A stretch of 64,000 bases of DNA, taken from Podarcis melisellensis. Its lineage: Eukaryota. The notes beneath the pieces were generated by a model, which searched no databases, was not told the DNA's origin, and worked only from the letters and a program-made list of their open reading frames with translations. Where the stretch lies: NCBI GenBank assembly GCA_964234715.1, contig OZ174281.1; one strand, 5' to 3'. Below, piece after piece: positions 24,525 to 37,353 of the stretch; the first letter of the stretch is position 1; every line of letters starts with the position of its first letter. Position numbers and translations under genes: made by a program.

Positions 24525-26957
24525 CTGCTCACCAACCTCCTCTTTGGCACTGGCATCCCCACAGTTGCCATCCACAAGAACCACCTGAGAGCTATCATTG
24601 CATAGCAAGTTTTCTGCCACCTGGATATGGGGTTTTGGGAAAGAGATCTCCTCTTTCCTCATCTCTGACGATAGACAGAGTTGGTAGGAATAAGGTAAAG
24701 TTCCTTCTTCATAGTTTGGTGGAAATATGACCTGTGCCTTAGAAAAAGCATTAGGTTCAAAGCATTGGAATAATTTGGGATTTCCTGATTGTCGAAGTTT
24801 CATGACAATGACCAGTATCACCGTCAGGAGGAATAAAAATGAGATCAATGCCAAAGCCAGCACCAAGTAAAACTGGAGGTCAGAATGATGCTCCGTGTCA
24901 CTGGATTGCCTAGTCATTTCTGGAAGTGCCTCTTGGAAGTTCTCGGCAACAACGAGGTTGAGGACCACAGTAGCTGAGAGCGGAGCCTTCCCATTGTCCT
25001 TCACCAAGATGACCAGCTTCTGTTTCACAGCATCTTTCTCCAGAAGGGCTCGTGACGTCCTGATCTCTCCCGTGTGGGTCCCAATGGTGAAGAGGGCCGG
25101 TTCTGTGGCCTGAAGCACTTGGTAGGAGAGCCAGGCATTGTGCCCAGAGTCTGCGTCCACAGCCACCACTTTGGTCACTAGGTAGCCTGACTCTGCTGAG
25201 TGAGGAACCATCTCAAACAAGGCAGAGCCCTCGGCTCCCGGGACAGGATACAGAACACGGGGGCTGTTATCATTCTGGTCCAAAATGTACACCCACACAG
25301 TGGCGTTGTTGCTGAGAGAGGGAGAGCCGCCATCTTGGGCCTTCACTTGGATCTGAAACTCCCTGAATTGCTCATAGTCAAAGGAGCGCTGTGCATAGAT
25401 AGTTCCCGTCTCAGAGTTGATGGAGACGTAAGAGGAGAGAGGCAGCTCCTCCATGTTGCTGTTGAGGATGGAGTAAGTGATACGTGAGTTGCGGTCCAGA
25501 TCTGGGTCTGTGGCTTTGATGGAGAAAATGGAGGCACCTGAGGGATTGTTTTCTGGCACAAAGACACTGTAGGTTGATTTTTCAAAGGCAGGGGGGTTGT
25601 CATTGATATCTGAAATCTGCAGGGAGATGGTTTTGTTGGAGGAGAGAGGGGGGCTACCTTTGTCGGTGGCCGTGATTGTGATGTTGTATCCTGAGGCTTT
25701 TTCTCTGTCCAATGGACTATCTGTGAGAATTTTGTAATAATTGTTAGATGAGGATAAGATTTTAAATGGTACATTACCTTGTAGATGGCATGTAATTTTT
25801 CCATTTTCTTCAGAATCTTTATCCTTTACACTGATAACAGCAATTACTGTTCCAGAAACAGAATCTTCAGGAATTGGACTAGATAAGGAGGCCAGAATGA
25901 TCTCTGGAGCATTGTCATTCTCATCTATAATCTTTATTTCAATTTTACAATGAGCCACTAATCCTCCTCCATCTCTTGCTTCAACTGTCATAGTGTACTT
26001 CTCTGTTTCCTCAAAGTCAAGAGCTTCTTTAATTGTAATTGTACCACTTTGTGGTTCTAGTTCAAATATTTGGTGGGCTGTTCCTGGGATGTTATTAAAA
26101 ATATAACTAATATGTGCATTTAGACCTTCATCTCTATCAGAGGCTTTTACTTGGAGTATGGGGGACCCCACAGGGGAATTTTCCCTCACGGTGATCTCAT
26201 AGACCTCTTGAGTGAAGACTGGTGGGTTGTCATTGGCATCTGTGACATTAATCGATAACTGGGCTGTCCCAGTTTTTCTGGGCTCACCCCCATCCAGGGC
26301 CGTAAGGATCAACTGAAGGGAGTGATCATTTTCCCGATCCAAAGGTTTTTGCAGCACCAATTCCGCATATTTATGTCCATCCAGACTATCTTGAACCTCC
26401 AATGTGAAAAACTGATTTGGGCTTAACTGGTAGTCTTGAAGAGAATTCTTTCCAATATCAGGATCTTCAGCTTTCCCAAGGAGAAATCTGGCACCTGGCA
26501 ATGTGGATTCAATTATTTCAAGCCTTATATTGTTATTCAGGAAATGTGGTATATTGTCATTAATGTCCTGAATTGCTACACTTACATGGAAAACATTTAA
26601 TGGATTTTCAACTAAGGCTTCAAAATTAATGAAGCACTGTGTGCTCTCTCTGCACATTCCCTCACGATCTATCCTCTCATTCACATACACATTTCCATTT
26701 TCTGCATTGATACTGAAATATGGTTTTTTACCTTCAGAAATGATATGCAGGTTTCTATTCCTCAGTTCTCTGGCATTCAGTCCCAGATCCTTGGCAAGAT
26801 TTCCCACAAAAGATCCCTTTGCCATCTCCTCAGGGATGGAATAGTGAATTGACTCTGAGATCTCCCAGCAGAGGAAAAACAATAATAGTAGAAGCAAAAT
26901 GTGGCTTCTGAATGCCCTGAAGCTTTCTCTAGGAATAACTTCCATCCTCATCTCCAT
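24525..26957 (-). CDS. Protocadherin gamma-B-like variable exon (811 codons)
   Basis: ORF 24447-26957: six EC repeats, [27 protein letters not shown]; donor CAG|GTAAGC at 24525. Confidence 0.95.
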
Positions 26958-27163
26958 TCTCCTGCTAATGAGCAGGTGAGCTTTTTGTTGTTGTTCAAAA
27001 AACAGGGATACAGAAGAATAAGTTGATTCCCTTGATTTCCCTCTCAGTTTGCTTGTATCCCATTTGTTTCCTCATCTCAGTAACAGCAGGCAGGTCTTTG
27101 TAGTCTGTTCTTTCTGCAGCTGGTAAGTAGCAATCTGACAGTGGATCCCTAATAGCTCCCAAA

Positions 27164-27205
27164 TTGGCCAACAGCGGCACTGTGAGTTCCAACTGAAGAA
27201 CTGCA
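27164..27205 (-). promoter_or_regulatory. CSE/CTCF promoter element
   Basis: Minus strand TGCAGTTCTTCAGTTGGAACTCACAGTGCCGCTGTTGGCCAA, 207 bp upstream of the ATG. Confidence 0.85.
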
Positions 27206-27656
27206 AGTGAATCAGCTCAAAGAATAAACCGGAAGAACTGAAATATATGCTTTCCCTCTCCATAAAAAAAACATTTTAATACTTTGAAAGCAACATTTAG
27301 TGACTAAAAGCAATTGTGTTATGTATTGCATATTGACCATATTGATGGATATGTACAACCCCTTCGGACTTTTAATGTTTTCAACAAAATATCCCTCACA
27401 GGCCATTTGCAAGAAAATAACTTTATATACATAAAATATTATATTTTACTAAGATGAAAGTTCTGGATTTCATCCCTTATATTCCCTTCTTTTTTGAAAT
27501 AACAATTGTTTTAAAAAAATATATCCACACTTTTAACATTCCTTATTTTTTAAAAAAAAGTATTTGTAAAAAAGTATTTTTTAAAAATACAGGAAAGGAT
27601 CATTTTTTTGTAAATTCAGTCCCGTAAAGATGGTCTGTGTTCATAGGATTCTTGTA

Positions 27657-27898
27657 CAGTGGTACCTTGGGTTACATACGCTTCAGGTTACATACGCTTC
27701 AGGTTACAGACTCCGCTAACCCAGAAATAGTACCTCGGGTTAAGAACTTTGCTTCAGGATGAGAACAGAAATTGTGCTCCAGCGGCATGGCAGCAGCAGG
27801 AGGCCCCATTAGCTAAAGTGGTGCTTCAGGTTAAGAACAGTTTCAGGTAAAGAACGGACCTCCGGAACGAATTAAGTACTTAACCCGAGGTACCACTG
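27657..27898. mobile_element. Tc1/mariner MITE, same family as 5281-5506, opposite orientation
   Basis: TIRs CAGTGGTACCT / AGGTACCACTG, TA TSD. Confidence 0.88.
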
Positions 27899-28112
27899 TA
27901 CCTGAAATGTTTGATGCCAATGGACAGTTTTCTGAAACTCTTCCCTCAAGACCAGTAGATTTTTTTGACTTTGACTACTCACAACAATGTTTCAGTACAT
28001 TTTCCAAATAAAGGAGGAAATGTGCCGCTAACAATTAGGCATATGCAGAAAATACAACAGCTTGCCAATATGGCAAAGTTGAAAACATTTATACTACATC
28101 TATCACCAATGC

Positions 28113-28298
28113 ATTGATCCCCACAAACTGTGAGATGGGAGCGCCACTGAAATTCACACTCCCCGACTCAACCAGCTGAGGATTTCTCCATCTGTGCAAC
28201 CTGATGGCCAGTAACACAAGGAGGAAGATGAGGAACAAGCAGGAGACAAAAGCCACTGCAAGGACCAGGTAGAAGGTGAGGTCAGACGGAGGAGCAGA
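28113..28298 (-). pseudogene. Isolated protocadherin gamma-A relic (TM plus proximal cytoplasmic segment only)
   Basis: Translates without a stop as [62 protein letters not shown]; TM DNA nearly identical to 37625-37710. Confidence 0.85.
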
Positions 28299-29302
28299 TG
28301 ATGAACTGTCTGTGCTAACTTAGAGAAACAAAGATAGAGAGAGGAAACAAAGTCAAATTTCAAAACTATGTTAGAAAAAAAGAAGGTTCAGCACCAGAAG
28401 AGAGATTTATGGTGAACATTAGAAGAAACTTTCCAGTTGTAGGAGCAATTCAGACATTGTATAGAACATTGTGCCGTATCATTCTTTGGATATTTTCATG
28501 AAAAAAGTTATAAAACAATCTACTAAGGAGTCTTTAAGTCTGGGGTACATTGCCTTAGATTAGTTTGCTTTCTCTTTCTCTTTCCAACAATATGATATTT
28601 TGATTCGGTGGGGGAACACTGGTGGGAGCAACACAGAAAGTAGAGTGGCCCAGATACATTGCATGGAATTCATTCTCTTGTTGATCAGGAGGGGTGGAAT
28701 TGTGAGAGGAAAGAGCACCTCTCAGGCCACAATACTCCCTTATATACACATCTCCTAAAAACACAGAAACCAATGCTTGCACCATATAACCTGCTGCTTC
28801 TGGTTAGTTAATCAGTTAATCCTACTTCATTACTCATAAGCACTGATAAATTAAGATCCTCACTACAAGTAACACACAGAAGGAATGTATAAGAGAGCAT
28901 TTTTAGATTACAACTCTGAAAGTGTGTTTAGGGGCAACACGTTTATGTTAAATGCTCTAAGTATCTGCTATGAGAGAATGGCCAGGATTGGGAAGAGATG
29001 GTGGTTTCATTGGTTTGATGTTGCCTCTGATTCCTGGAATAGGATGGGTGTAGAAATCATGTGACCTGATATTTTGCTGCCATAAAAATGCTAAGTTTTG
29101 TCACAGTGCATTCGAGTTGTATGCAAAAATTACTACAGTAAGTCTGGAACGCATCTGGAGAACAATTGCAAATCCAACCAAATGACCGGTTTGCGCAGGG
29201 TTTTAAAGACAGGCTTTAAAAGGAAACAGTTGTAGATGGTCTACACAGAAACCTAGGAGGATGCAACAAAGAAATAAAAGAAATAAAATTGAATCCATGT
29301 CA

Positions 29303-29455
29303 TAGGGTTGCCATATGTCCTCTTTTGCCAGGACATGTCCTCTTTTTCATGGGTATGTAAAATGAGAGTCGTCATTTTACATACATTAAAACATTAGTTA
29401 AAAGTAGAGGTTAGTAAATGTGTCCTCTTTTTTCTATTCAAAATATGGCAACCCA
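29303..29455. mobile_element. Short MITE with AGGGTTGCCATAT / ATATGGCAACCC termini (related element at ~10190-10455)
   Basis: Terminal inverted repeats visible; TSD not clear. Confidence 0.6.
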
Positions 29456-30768
29456 GGAAGATAAAAAAATGATAAGAGGACCACAAGAAACAAATGAATG
29501 GAACAGAGATGGATCAGGTGGACTGAGTATTTCAAGGAGAAGAATAGCTGACAAAGTGCAAATAGAAGAATGGCAATAGAATGAAAAATTGTAAAACAAA
29601 ATTATAATTTAATGGCAGTATGCCATAAATAGAACTTCCGGTATAGATGAGATGTGTCAGAAAATGGAATCACAATGTGTAGTTTTTGTTCTCACTCTTA
29701 CATTTAGCCTTATTTTGATTTACAGTATTTATAGCACACTCTTCATTGAATATTTTCAGTCCCAATGACTTGAGTCCACTAAAGTTTATACCATAACAAA
29801 TATGTTTGGGTTGCATCCAATGCTTATGTTTCTTCTCCCCTCCCCTTCCTGCAGTCCTTCCTTTGCTCTGGAGGATCCCCAAATTGTCCTAATAAACAGT
29901 ATTTAAGAGATCAGCTTGGCCCTACAACACTGAAAAATGGCAAAGCCCAACCCCTGCCCCAAATGAGGAAGCAACTACAAATGAAGAAAGAAATTTCCAG
30001 TTTGCATCTAAAGCAGCATGCTGGCCATTACTTTTGATGGGAATCCCATAAAAACTTCCCCTATACTTTTCCAGCCCCCAGAGCTCCAGTTTACAACTAG
30101 AAGCTCTATAGATCTTAGATAATTTGAAGGCTGGTGATGGGAGAAGAGAGAGGGCAGGAGAAGGCAAAGCCACACATAAAAAGATGGCCAGCACATTGCC
30201 ATTTGTGTGCACCTGAGGGTATGGCAGGAAAGAGGAGTGGAAGCAAGCAAGAAGCTTGCATACAGATGCATCCTAAACATAATTATTCTTAAATTGTTCA
30301 GTATTTCTGCACACTACTTCTGGAAACCGCAATAAAGCTACTCCTTACACACATCATTACTTTGAAAGTCCAAGACACTGAGACTGCAGTCTTATACATG
30401 TTCACTTCACCTGGAGTTCCTTTTGAGTAGACATGCATGGGATCCTACTGTTAACTTCCAACGTCATAAATACCACAGAACTGGTTTAGTAGTCCAACTG
30501 AGTAAAGCAAAGCTACTTGGATCCAATGCTTAGATATTTTTGCCTTGACACTGTAAACCTTACTTTTTTATCATGCATAAATAAATAGACGGTTCATGAG
30601 GGGCCCAATAAATAAGGCTGAGCTACTGCTTTCCAGATTTAAATAACTCATTTTTCAGTAAACATATATGTCAGAGAAAATGAATTCTCCTCCATATAAT
30701 GTTTCAGTGTCAGTTATGGTAAAAGACCATGCAGCGTGCAATGAAAAGTATTCTGGAATAAGCCCTAC

Positions 30769-33189
30769 CTTATCATCACTTGCCATCTCAGAAATTAAAC
30801 TGCTTCCTCCGTTGCCTGTAAAAGGCACAGCAGGTTTTTCACTGCCAATAATATTGTCTACCATCTGAACACTGGGTGTCAGGAAGGCAAACTCATTCTT
30901 CCTGGTCTCAGAAGACAGACACAGCTGGTAGGAATAGGGCAAAGTCCCATCTTCAAAGTTGGGTGGGAAGATGGCACCATTCTTGGAATGGGGAACAGGA
31001 CCAAAGCACTGTAGGAACCTGGGATGCCCTGATTGACGGAGCTTCATTGTAACGGCCAGAATCACAGTCAAGAGGAACAAGAAGGAGATCACAGCTAAGG
31101 CCAGCACCAAGTAGAACTGCAGGTCAGACTGATACTCTGAGCTGCTGGGTTGGCTCTTCATTTCCGGAAGGGCCTCCTGAAAGTTCTCAGCAAACACCAG
31201 GTTCAGAGTCATGGTGGCCGAGAGAGACGGCTGCCCGTTATCCTTCACCATAATGACCAGTCTCTGTTTCACAGCGTCTCTCTCCACAAAGGCCCTGGCT
31301 GTCCTGATCTCTCCAGTATGAGAACCAACCGTGAAGAGTGCCGGCTCAGTGGCCTGAGTCAGGTGGTAGGAGAGCCAGGCGTTGTGTCCAGAATCTGCAT
31401 CCACGGCCACCACCTTGGTGACAAGATAATCTGCCTCGGCCGAACGAGGCACCATCTCAAACAAGGCTGAGCCCTTGGCTTCTTGTGAGGGGGACAGGAT
31501 ACGAGGGCTGTTATCATTCCTGTCAAGAACAAACACCCTGACGCTCACATTGCTGCTGAGAGGGGGAGAACCCCCATCTTGGGCCTTCACTTGCACCCGA
31601 AACTCTCTGAATTGTTCATAGTCAAAGGATCTCTGGGCATAGATGGTGCCGGTCTCTGAATTAATGGAGATATAGGAGGAGATGGGAAGCTCCTCAATGT
31701 TGCTGTTGAGTATGGAGTATGTGATCCGTGAGTTCTGGTCCATGTCGGGATCAGAGGCTTTGATGGTGAAAATGGAGGCACCTGAAGGATTGTTTTCTGG
31801 CACGTAGATGTTGTAGGATGATTTCTGAAATGTAGGGGCATTATCATTGATATCTGAGATCTGGAGAGAGATTGTTTTGTGTGTGGAAAGAGGTGGAGTT
31901 CCTTTATCAATTGCTGTGATTGTAAGATTATATGCAGGAGCCATTTCTCTGTCCAAAGGACTGTCTGTCTGGAGCTTGAAGTAATTGTTAGATGAGGGAA
32001 GAACTTTGAAGGGTAAACCATCTTGTAAGTAGCAAGTAACCTTTCCATTATCACCACTATCTTTGTCATTCACATTAATCAGAGCAATTACAGTTCCCGG
32101 CAGAGAATCTTCAGGAACAGGACTGAACATGGAGGCTAAAGTCACCTCTGGGGCATTATCATTCTCATCAAGCACAGTTATTTCAGTATTGCAATGTGTC
32201 AACAATCCGCCACCATCTTTTGCTGTAACCATCATTGTATATTTTTCAGTTTCCTCAAAGTCCAATGGATCTATAAGAGTGATTGTACCGTTGATTGGAT
32301 CCAGTCTGAATTTCAATTGGACATTTGCTGGTATATTGCTGAAATGATACCTGATTTGGGCATTTGTACCTTCATCTTTATCTGAGGCTGAAACCTGAAG
32401 CACAGGAGATCCAAGGGGAGTATTCTCCCTCAAACTGACCTTGTACACCTCTTGAGTGAAAACAGGTCGGTTGTCATTGACATCAGTAACATTAATCCGT
32501 ATCTGGGCTGTTCCAGTTTTCCTAGGCTGACCCCCATCCAAGGCTGTAAGGATTAAGTGAAGGGTCTGTTCATTTTCCCGATCCAGTGGTTTATTTAGCA
32601 CTAATTCTGCATAACTATTTCCATCTTTTCTCTCTCTAACTTCCAAAGTGAAGTACTGATTGGAGCTCAGCTGGTAATCCTGGAGAGAGTTCATCCCAAT
32701 GTCAGGATCTTCCGCCTTCCCAAGGAGAAACTGTGTACCTAGCAGAGTGGATTCAAGGATCTCTAAACTGATATTGCTATTCAGGAACTGGGGTGCATTA
32801 TCATTAACATCCTGGATTTCTACTGTTACATGGAAAACATTCAGCGGGTTTTCTACCACAACTTCAAACTGAACAAAGCAAAGTGGATTTTTGCCACATA
32901 TCCCCTCCCTATCAATCCTGTCATTTACATAGAGGTTTCCATTCTCTGCATTGATACTGAAATGCTGCATTTTAGCCACAGACACAGTGTGCAGATTGCG
33001 ATATTTTAGTTCTTTGGTGCTCAGTCCCAAGTCCTTGGCAAGGTTCCCCACAACGGAACCCTTTGCCATCTCCTCAGGGGTTGAATAATGGATCTGCTCT
33101 GATGCAGCCCAACAGGTAAAAGACAATAGAGAGAGAAGCAGTACTTGCCTTGTGAGTGCCCTGCCATTCCCTGTGTGCCTCCTCTCCAT
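30769..33189 (-). CDS. Protocadherin gamma-B-like variable exon (807 codons)
   Basis: ORF 30655-33189: six EC repeats, [25 protein letters not shown]; donor AAG|GTAGGG at 30769. Confidence 0.95.
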
Positions 33190-33460
33190 CTGGCTGGTTC
33201 TCTCAAAAACAGGCTGCTTCCTTTTCTCAGTTTCCTATGCTCAAGCTCTCACAGTGATGAAGGAAACAACATGAGGTATCACTGAGGAAGAATAAATTGC
33301 CCTTGTTCTCATATGTGTGCAAAGCAAAAGAGATTTTTCCTTCTCTGCAAGAGTTCCCTGTCTCTGTCCTCTTCAGTTGGCCTGATCTGAACAGCAGTGA
33401 TGGGAGTTACTGTAGTCTAGGAAGCATCACTGAATCTCTATCCTCTCTCTGACTCTCATA

Positions 33461-33502
33461 CTGGCCAACACTGACACTTGGAGGACTACTGAAGGAACTG
33501 CA
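33461..33502 (-). promoter_or_regulatory. CSE/CTCF element, variant (CGCT replaced by CAGT)
   Basis: Minus strand TGCAGTTCCTTCAGTAGTCCTCCAAGTGTCAGTGTTGGCCAG; same spacing as the other CSEs. Confidence 0.75.
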
Positions 33503-33757
33503 AGGAAAACCATGTTCACCATAACATAGAGAGATGGAGCTAAAAAAATGTACATGTTTCCACAATGTGAACTTTCTCTTTAGCCAACTGCAAGTGGGGC
33601 ATTTGAAAAAGCTTTCCCTTGTTTCACCTTTGTTTAGCATATTTATTACTTATTACTTTTATTGTCCACACCTTCAGCAACAAAGGCTTCCAGGGTGGGG
33701 CACAGGTCCAAAACAGCAATATAAATAAAACAAAAATAAAATAAACTACACTCATAA

Positions 33758-33934
33758 TAGAGACCAACTAAGTTTGTTATTGATATGAGCTTTCATGTGC
33801 ATGCACACTTCTTTGTGCATGCACACGAAAGCTCAGACCAATAACAAACTTAGTTGGTCTCTAAGGTGCTACTGGAAGGAAATTTTTTATTTTGTTTCAA
33901 CTACGGCAGACCAATACAGCTACCTACCTGTAAC
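33758..33934. mobile_element. Penelope-like retroelement remnant with inverted (palindromic) structure
   Basis: ~50-bp arms TAGAGACCAACTAAGTTTGTTATTG.. / ..CAATAACAAACTTAGTTGGTCTCTA, then AGGTGCTACTGGAAG..GCTACCTACCTGTAAC. Family assignment is from recall. Confidence 0.6.
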
Positions 33935-34459
33935 TTGGTTATGAATAGATTTCATTTATTTTCTAACTGGCCTCAATCCAGCTCCCTTTCAAAATGGGAT
34001 TGGTGGCTCTGGCAGATTTTCATTATTCCCCTTACACATACATGCAAAAGAAGCACAAACTATCCCTTTTTAAATGCAGTGGAAGGCCCTTTGAGATACT
34101 AGGTGTGAATAAACTTCTGGATAATCCCCCCCCCCCCCGCTTCACTCAGTTCCCTTCAGCAACAAAGTGAAGTATGGGCTCTCTTTTCCATGCTACTCTT
34201 CTCAGTAACTTCAGTTCATGGTAGATGTGGGCAGAGATGGCAGTTAGCGTTTTGCAGACATATTCAAAGGACGATTCCTCTTTTGCCTTCCTTGTCAATA
34301 ATGGGTGTAGCTTCTTCATGCACTAGGACTTTGACTGAGGAGGCTGCAGCTCCCAGAGGAGGCCAGTGGCTCTCTCCAAGGTCTTCAGCAAAGGGGTCAG
34401 AAGACAGCAGAGGAACACAGAGGCTAGAGCTACTTTCAGTGGCTTTTTAGATAGTACTG

Positions 34460-34870
34460 TGAAAATTGAGATTGCATCTGGGACTGTAGTTTCGCTTACA
34501 TGAAGATGATACTCATGTCCACTTTTTATTGGTAATATGGTGACATTGTTAATATATATACTTGTGTACAGTTATAACCAGTATATTTAACGTTCCCCCA
34601 CCATATTACATATCTGTGTTGCACAAATAAACTGCCATTAATTTGAAGCAGAGAATTGAATCCTGTCATGGTAACCAGTGTGGAGTGGTTCATGGTTTGA
34701 GAGTTTCTTTATCACCAGTAGTTGCTGATCCTTGGTGATACTTCCAAGTGAAGAGCCTTCCTCCATTTCCTCAGGGAAAAAGTGGCAAATCTTCAAGGAG
34801 TGGTAATGAGTTGCCAATGTTAACAGATAAAAGAGACAGAGTGATAAAAGATTTGTCAGTCTAAGGTATT
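34460..34870 (-). pseudogene. Highly decayed protocadherin 5' relic (signal peptide, EC1, start of EC2)
   Basis: Minus strand LCLFYLLTLATHYHSLKICHFFPEEMEEGSSLGSITKD..KKLSNH (cf. [21 protein letters not shown]) and INN..LHVSETTVPDA. Confidence 0.65.
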
Positions 34871-35788
34871 AGAAGGGAGATCTTCTGATTCTGAGGTATA
34901 AATAGGACCAATGTGAGCAATTTTGTTAGCAGGTTTTATTGAAAATATGCCACCGTGGTCTTTAGGAGGTAGCTTGCTTTGGGTGGTGGGGATAGATTGA
35001 GTTGTAACTTCCTGTCAATGGCTAAAACAATCTTGCGTGGCACCCCCATGCAATTTCAGCGAACAAGGAAACTCTCTTTGCTGCTCCTAAGACATATCAT
35101 AGAAATGCAAACGGGCCTTGTGCCATGTTCAGACATATTCAACAAAAGCCTGACATTCTTTATAAAGTTATCTAACTCCATCCAGAACTGAAAGATTTTC
35201 ATTGCTCTCATAGTTTCTCTCATTCATATTGCAGAAAGTTTTTTTTAATCATATAAAATACAAGGATGATAAATATACAATTACATATGGCTTGAGCTAA
35301 CTGGAGGCAACTATAGCAGGACACACATCAAAACTACCCCCCTCCCACCATTGGGACTTTGCAGAGTTATGTGGCCACTGCCAGATCCACAGCCCTGCTG
35401 TTCACATTAGCCATGGCAGAACATGGGGATCCAGAATGACCTGGTCCGAGTCTGTTGCCTGACTGCAGCAAGACTGGCTCAGGATACAGCAGTTACTGGG
35501 CCAGCTCAGCCATGTCCCTGCCCTCAGAATGCCCCATTTGGGGCTCTCCATTGGCTCCTGCACACCCAGCAGGTAGAAGGTGATGTCAGCTGAGCCGAGA
35601 GAGCCAGGCAGAGGGACGTCTCTGCCTAATCCAACCCCGTTCTCTAGCTCAGTGGAAATGGGGGTTGGATTGCTTTGTGTATCATCACTGGCTTATTAAA
35701 ATACCTGTCTGACCTCTTTAGACTCTCAGATGATGCCAAATATTATTGCTCAAAATGTGAAATAAATTTGCCTTGTTATAATATCCTA

Positions 35789-36129
35789 CTTGAGAGTCCC
35801 ATGGACTGCAAGAAGATCAAACCTATCCATTCTGAAGGAAATCAGCCCTGAGTTCTCACTGGAAGGACAGATCATGAAGCTGAGGCTCCAGTACTTTGGC
35901 CACCTCATGAGAAGAGAAGATTCCCTGGAAAAGACCCTGATGTTGGGAAAGATGGAGGACACAAGGAGAAGGGGATGACAGAGGACGAGATGGTTGGACA
36001 GTGTTCTCAAAGCTACCAGCATGAGTTTGACCAAACTGCGGGAGGCAGTGGAAGACAGGAGTGCCTGGTGTGCTCTGGTCCGTGGGGTCACAAAGAGTCG
36101 GACACGACTAAACGACTAAACAACAACAA
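35789..36129 (+). mobile_element. 5'-truncated Bov-B/RTE LINE 3' end
   Basis: RVPWTARRSNLSILKEI..LQYFGHLMRREDSLEKTLMLGK; (AAC)n tail; TSD AATATCCTAC. Confidence 0.92.
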
Positions 36130-37353
36130 TATCCTACTACACTAATATTTAACGCACCATTGTTTTCTATATGATGAAATTCTGGGAGACTGAACCAAGG
36201 GAAGGGAAAGGGCAGGAAGCCATTCCCCACTGGCAGAGACAATACTTGGCCATTATATGGCACTTCTGAGTGTTAGGCCAGTGTTATTTATTGCACTGGT
36301 ATTACAGATTTGCAGCTGAGAATGAGAAAAAGTGACATGCCTAATGAGGGCAAAAGTACATGTGGCTTTAAATGTTTTATTACACTGAATGAGAATGCAT
36401 TCTTAATGGAAATAGATGTCACTGGGGGAGCAGGATCATGACCACGGGTGCAGATACAGTATCAATGGGACCATTCTTCTTCTCAGCGCAAATAACGAAG
36501 TGGGTTAGGATTTTTCTTGCAACCCTGTTCTTGCTGCCCCATCCAAGGGATCTATTTCCATTTTTAAATGCAATAAATCATTTAATGTCACCAAAAAGAG
36601 CCAAAATTCACATTACAAATTTCATGCCTTTCAGCTCACATACTTGGCCACTAAACTAGATGAGCTCTTACTCGTATACAGGTTTAATTCCTGATATCTC
36701 CAGTTTTTTAAAACATCTAATAAAACTAGGCTGAGAAACACCTGAGCTGTTACCTACTGCTCCTAAGGCTGGATACTACTAATTAGATAGATTATTGACC
36801 CTGTTTAGTAAACACACAACTGATTTATCCAATGAGTAAAGACATATACTATTTCAGACACAGAATTAGAGGGCAGTAAATCAAAGTTCAAATATTTTGG
36901 GAAGCCTGGATTTCCCACAGATACTATTCTTCGAGAACTAAATAACCTTTCCAAGAGGCAAGAAGGTCAAGAAAGAAGCTCCGAAAGATGCATTCAATTA
37001 AAACAAGATAACCATCACAATCATGTAAAAATTGCTGAACAAGAAAATATATGAATATCTCAAATATTTGTCTCATGGTTGCTCTTTAAGTGCTTAAGCT
37101 CTTGTGGGACAAGCTGTTTACAATTCTCCTATTTATACATGCATTTGCTTGTGACAGAAACAACCACATATACAAAAAGTGAACTATGTGAACTCCCAAA
37201 CCTCATTTTATCTGAAGAGAACAAGTATAAATGAGAGAATATGTCACCAGTTCCATTTCTTCAGAACAAGTGCAAAACAAATAATATAAATGGCATTAAC
37301 GTCTAACTGAAAATATAAAGTGCAAAACCTTTGATTTGTTAGCAAGACTTCAC

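Noticed and set aside
28298-28360. Polypyrimidine tract and AGs in front of the TM relic as a splice acceptor
   Set aside because: None of the four AGs puts a phase-0 donor in the TM reading frame
35565-35595. Minus-strand SADITFYLL resembling the Pcdh TM start (also at ~56180)
   Set aside because: Only ~25 bp of similarity with non-hydrophobic continuation; may be chance
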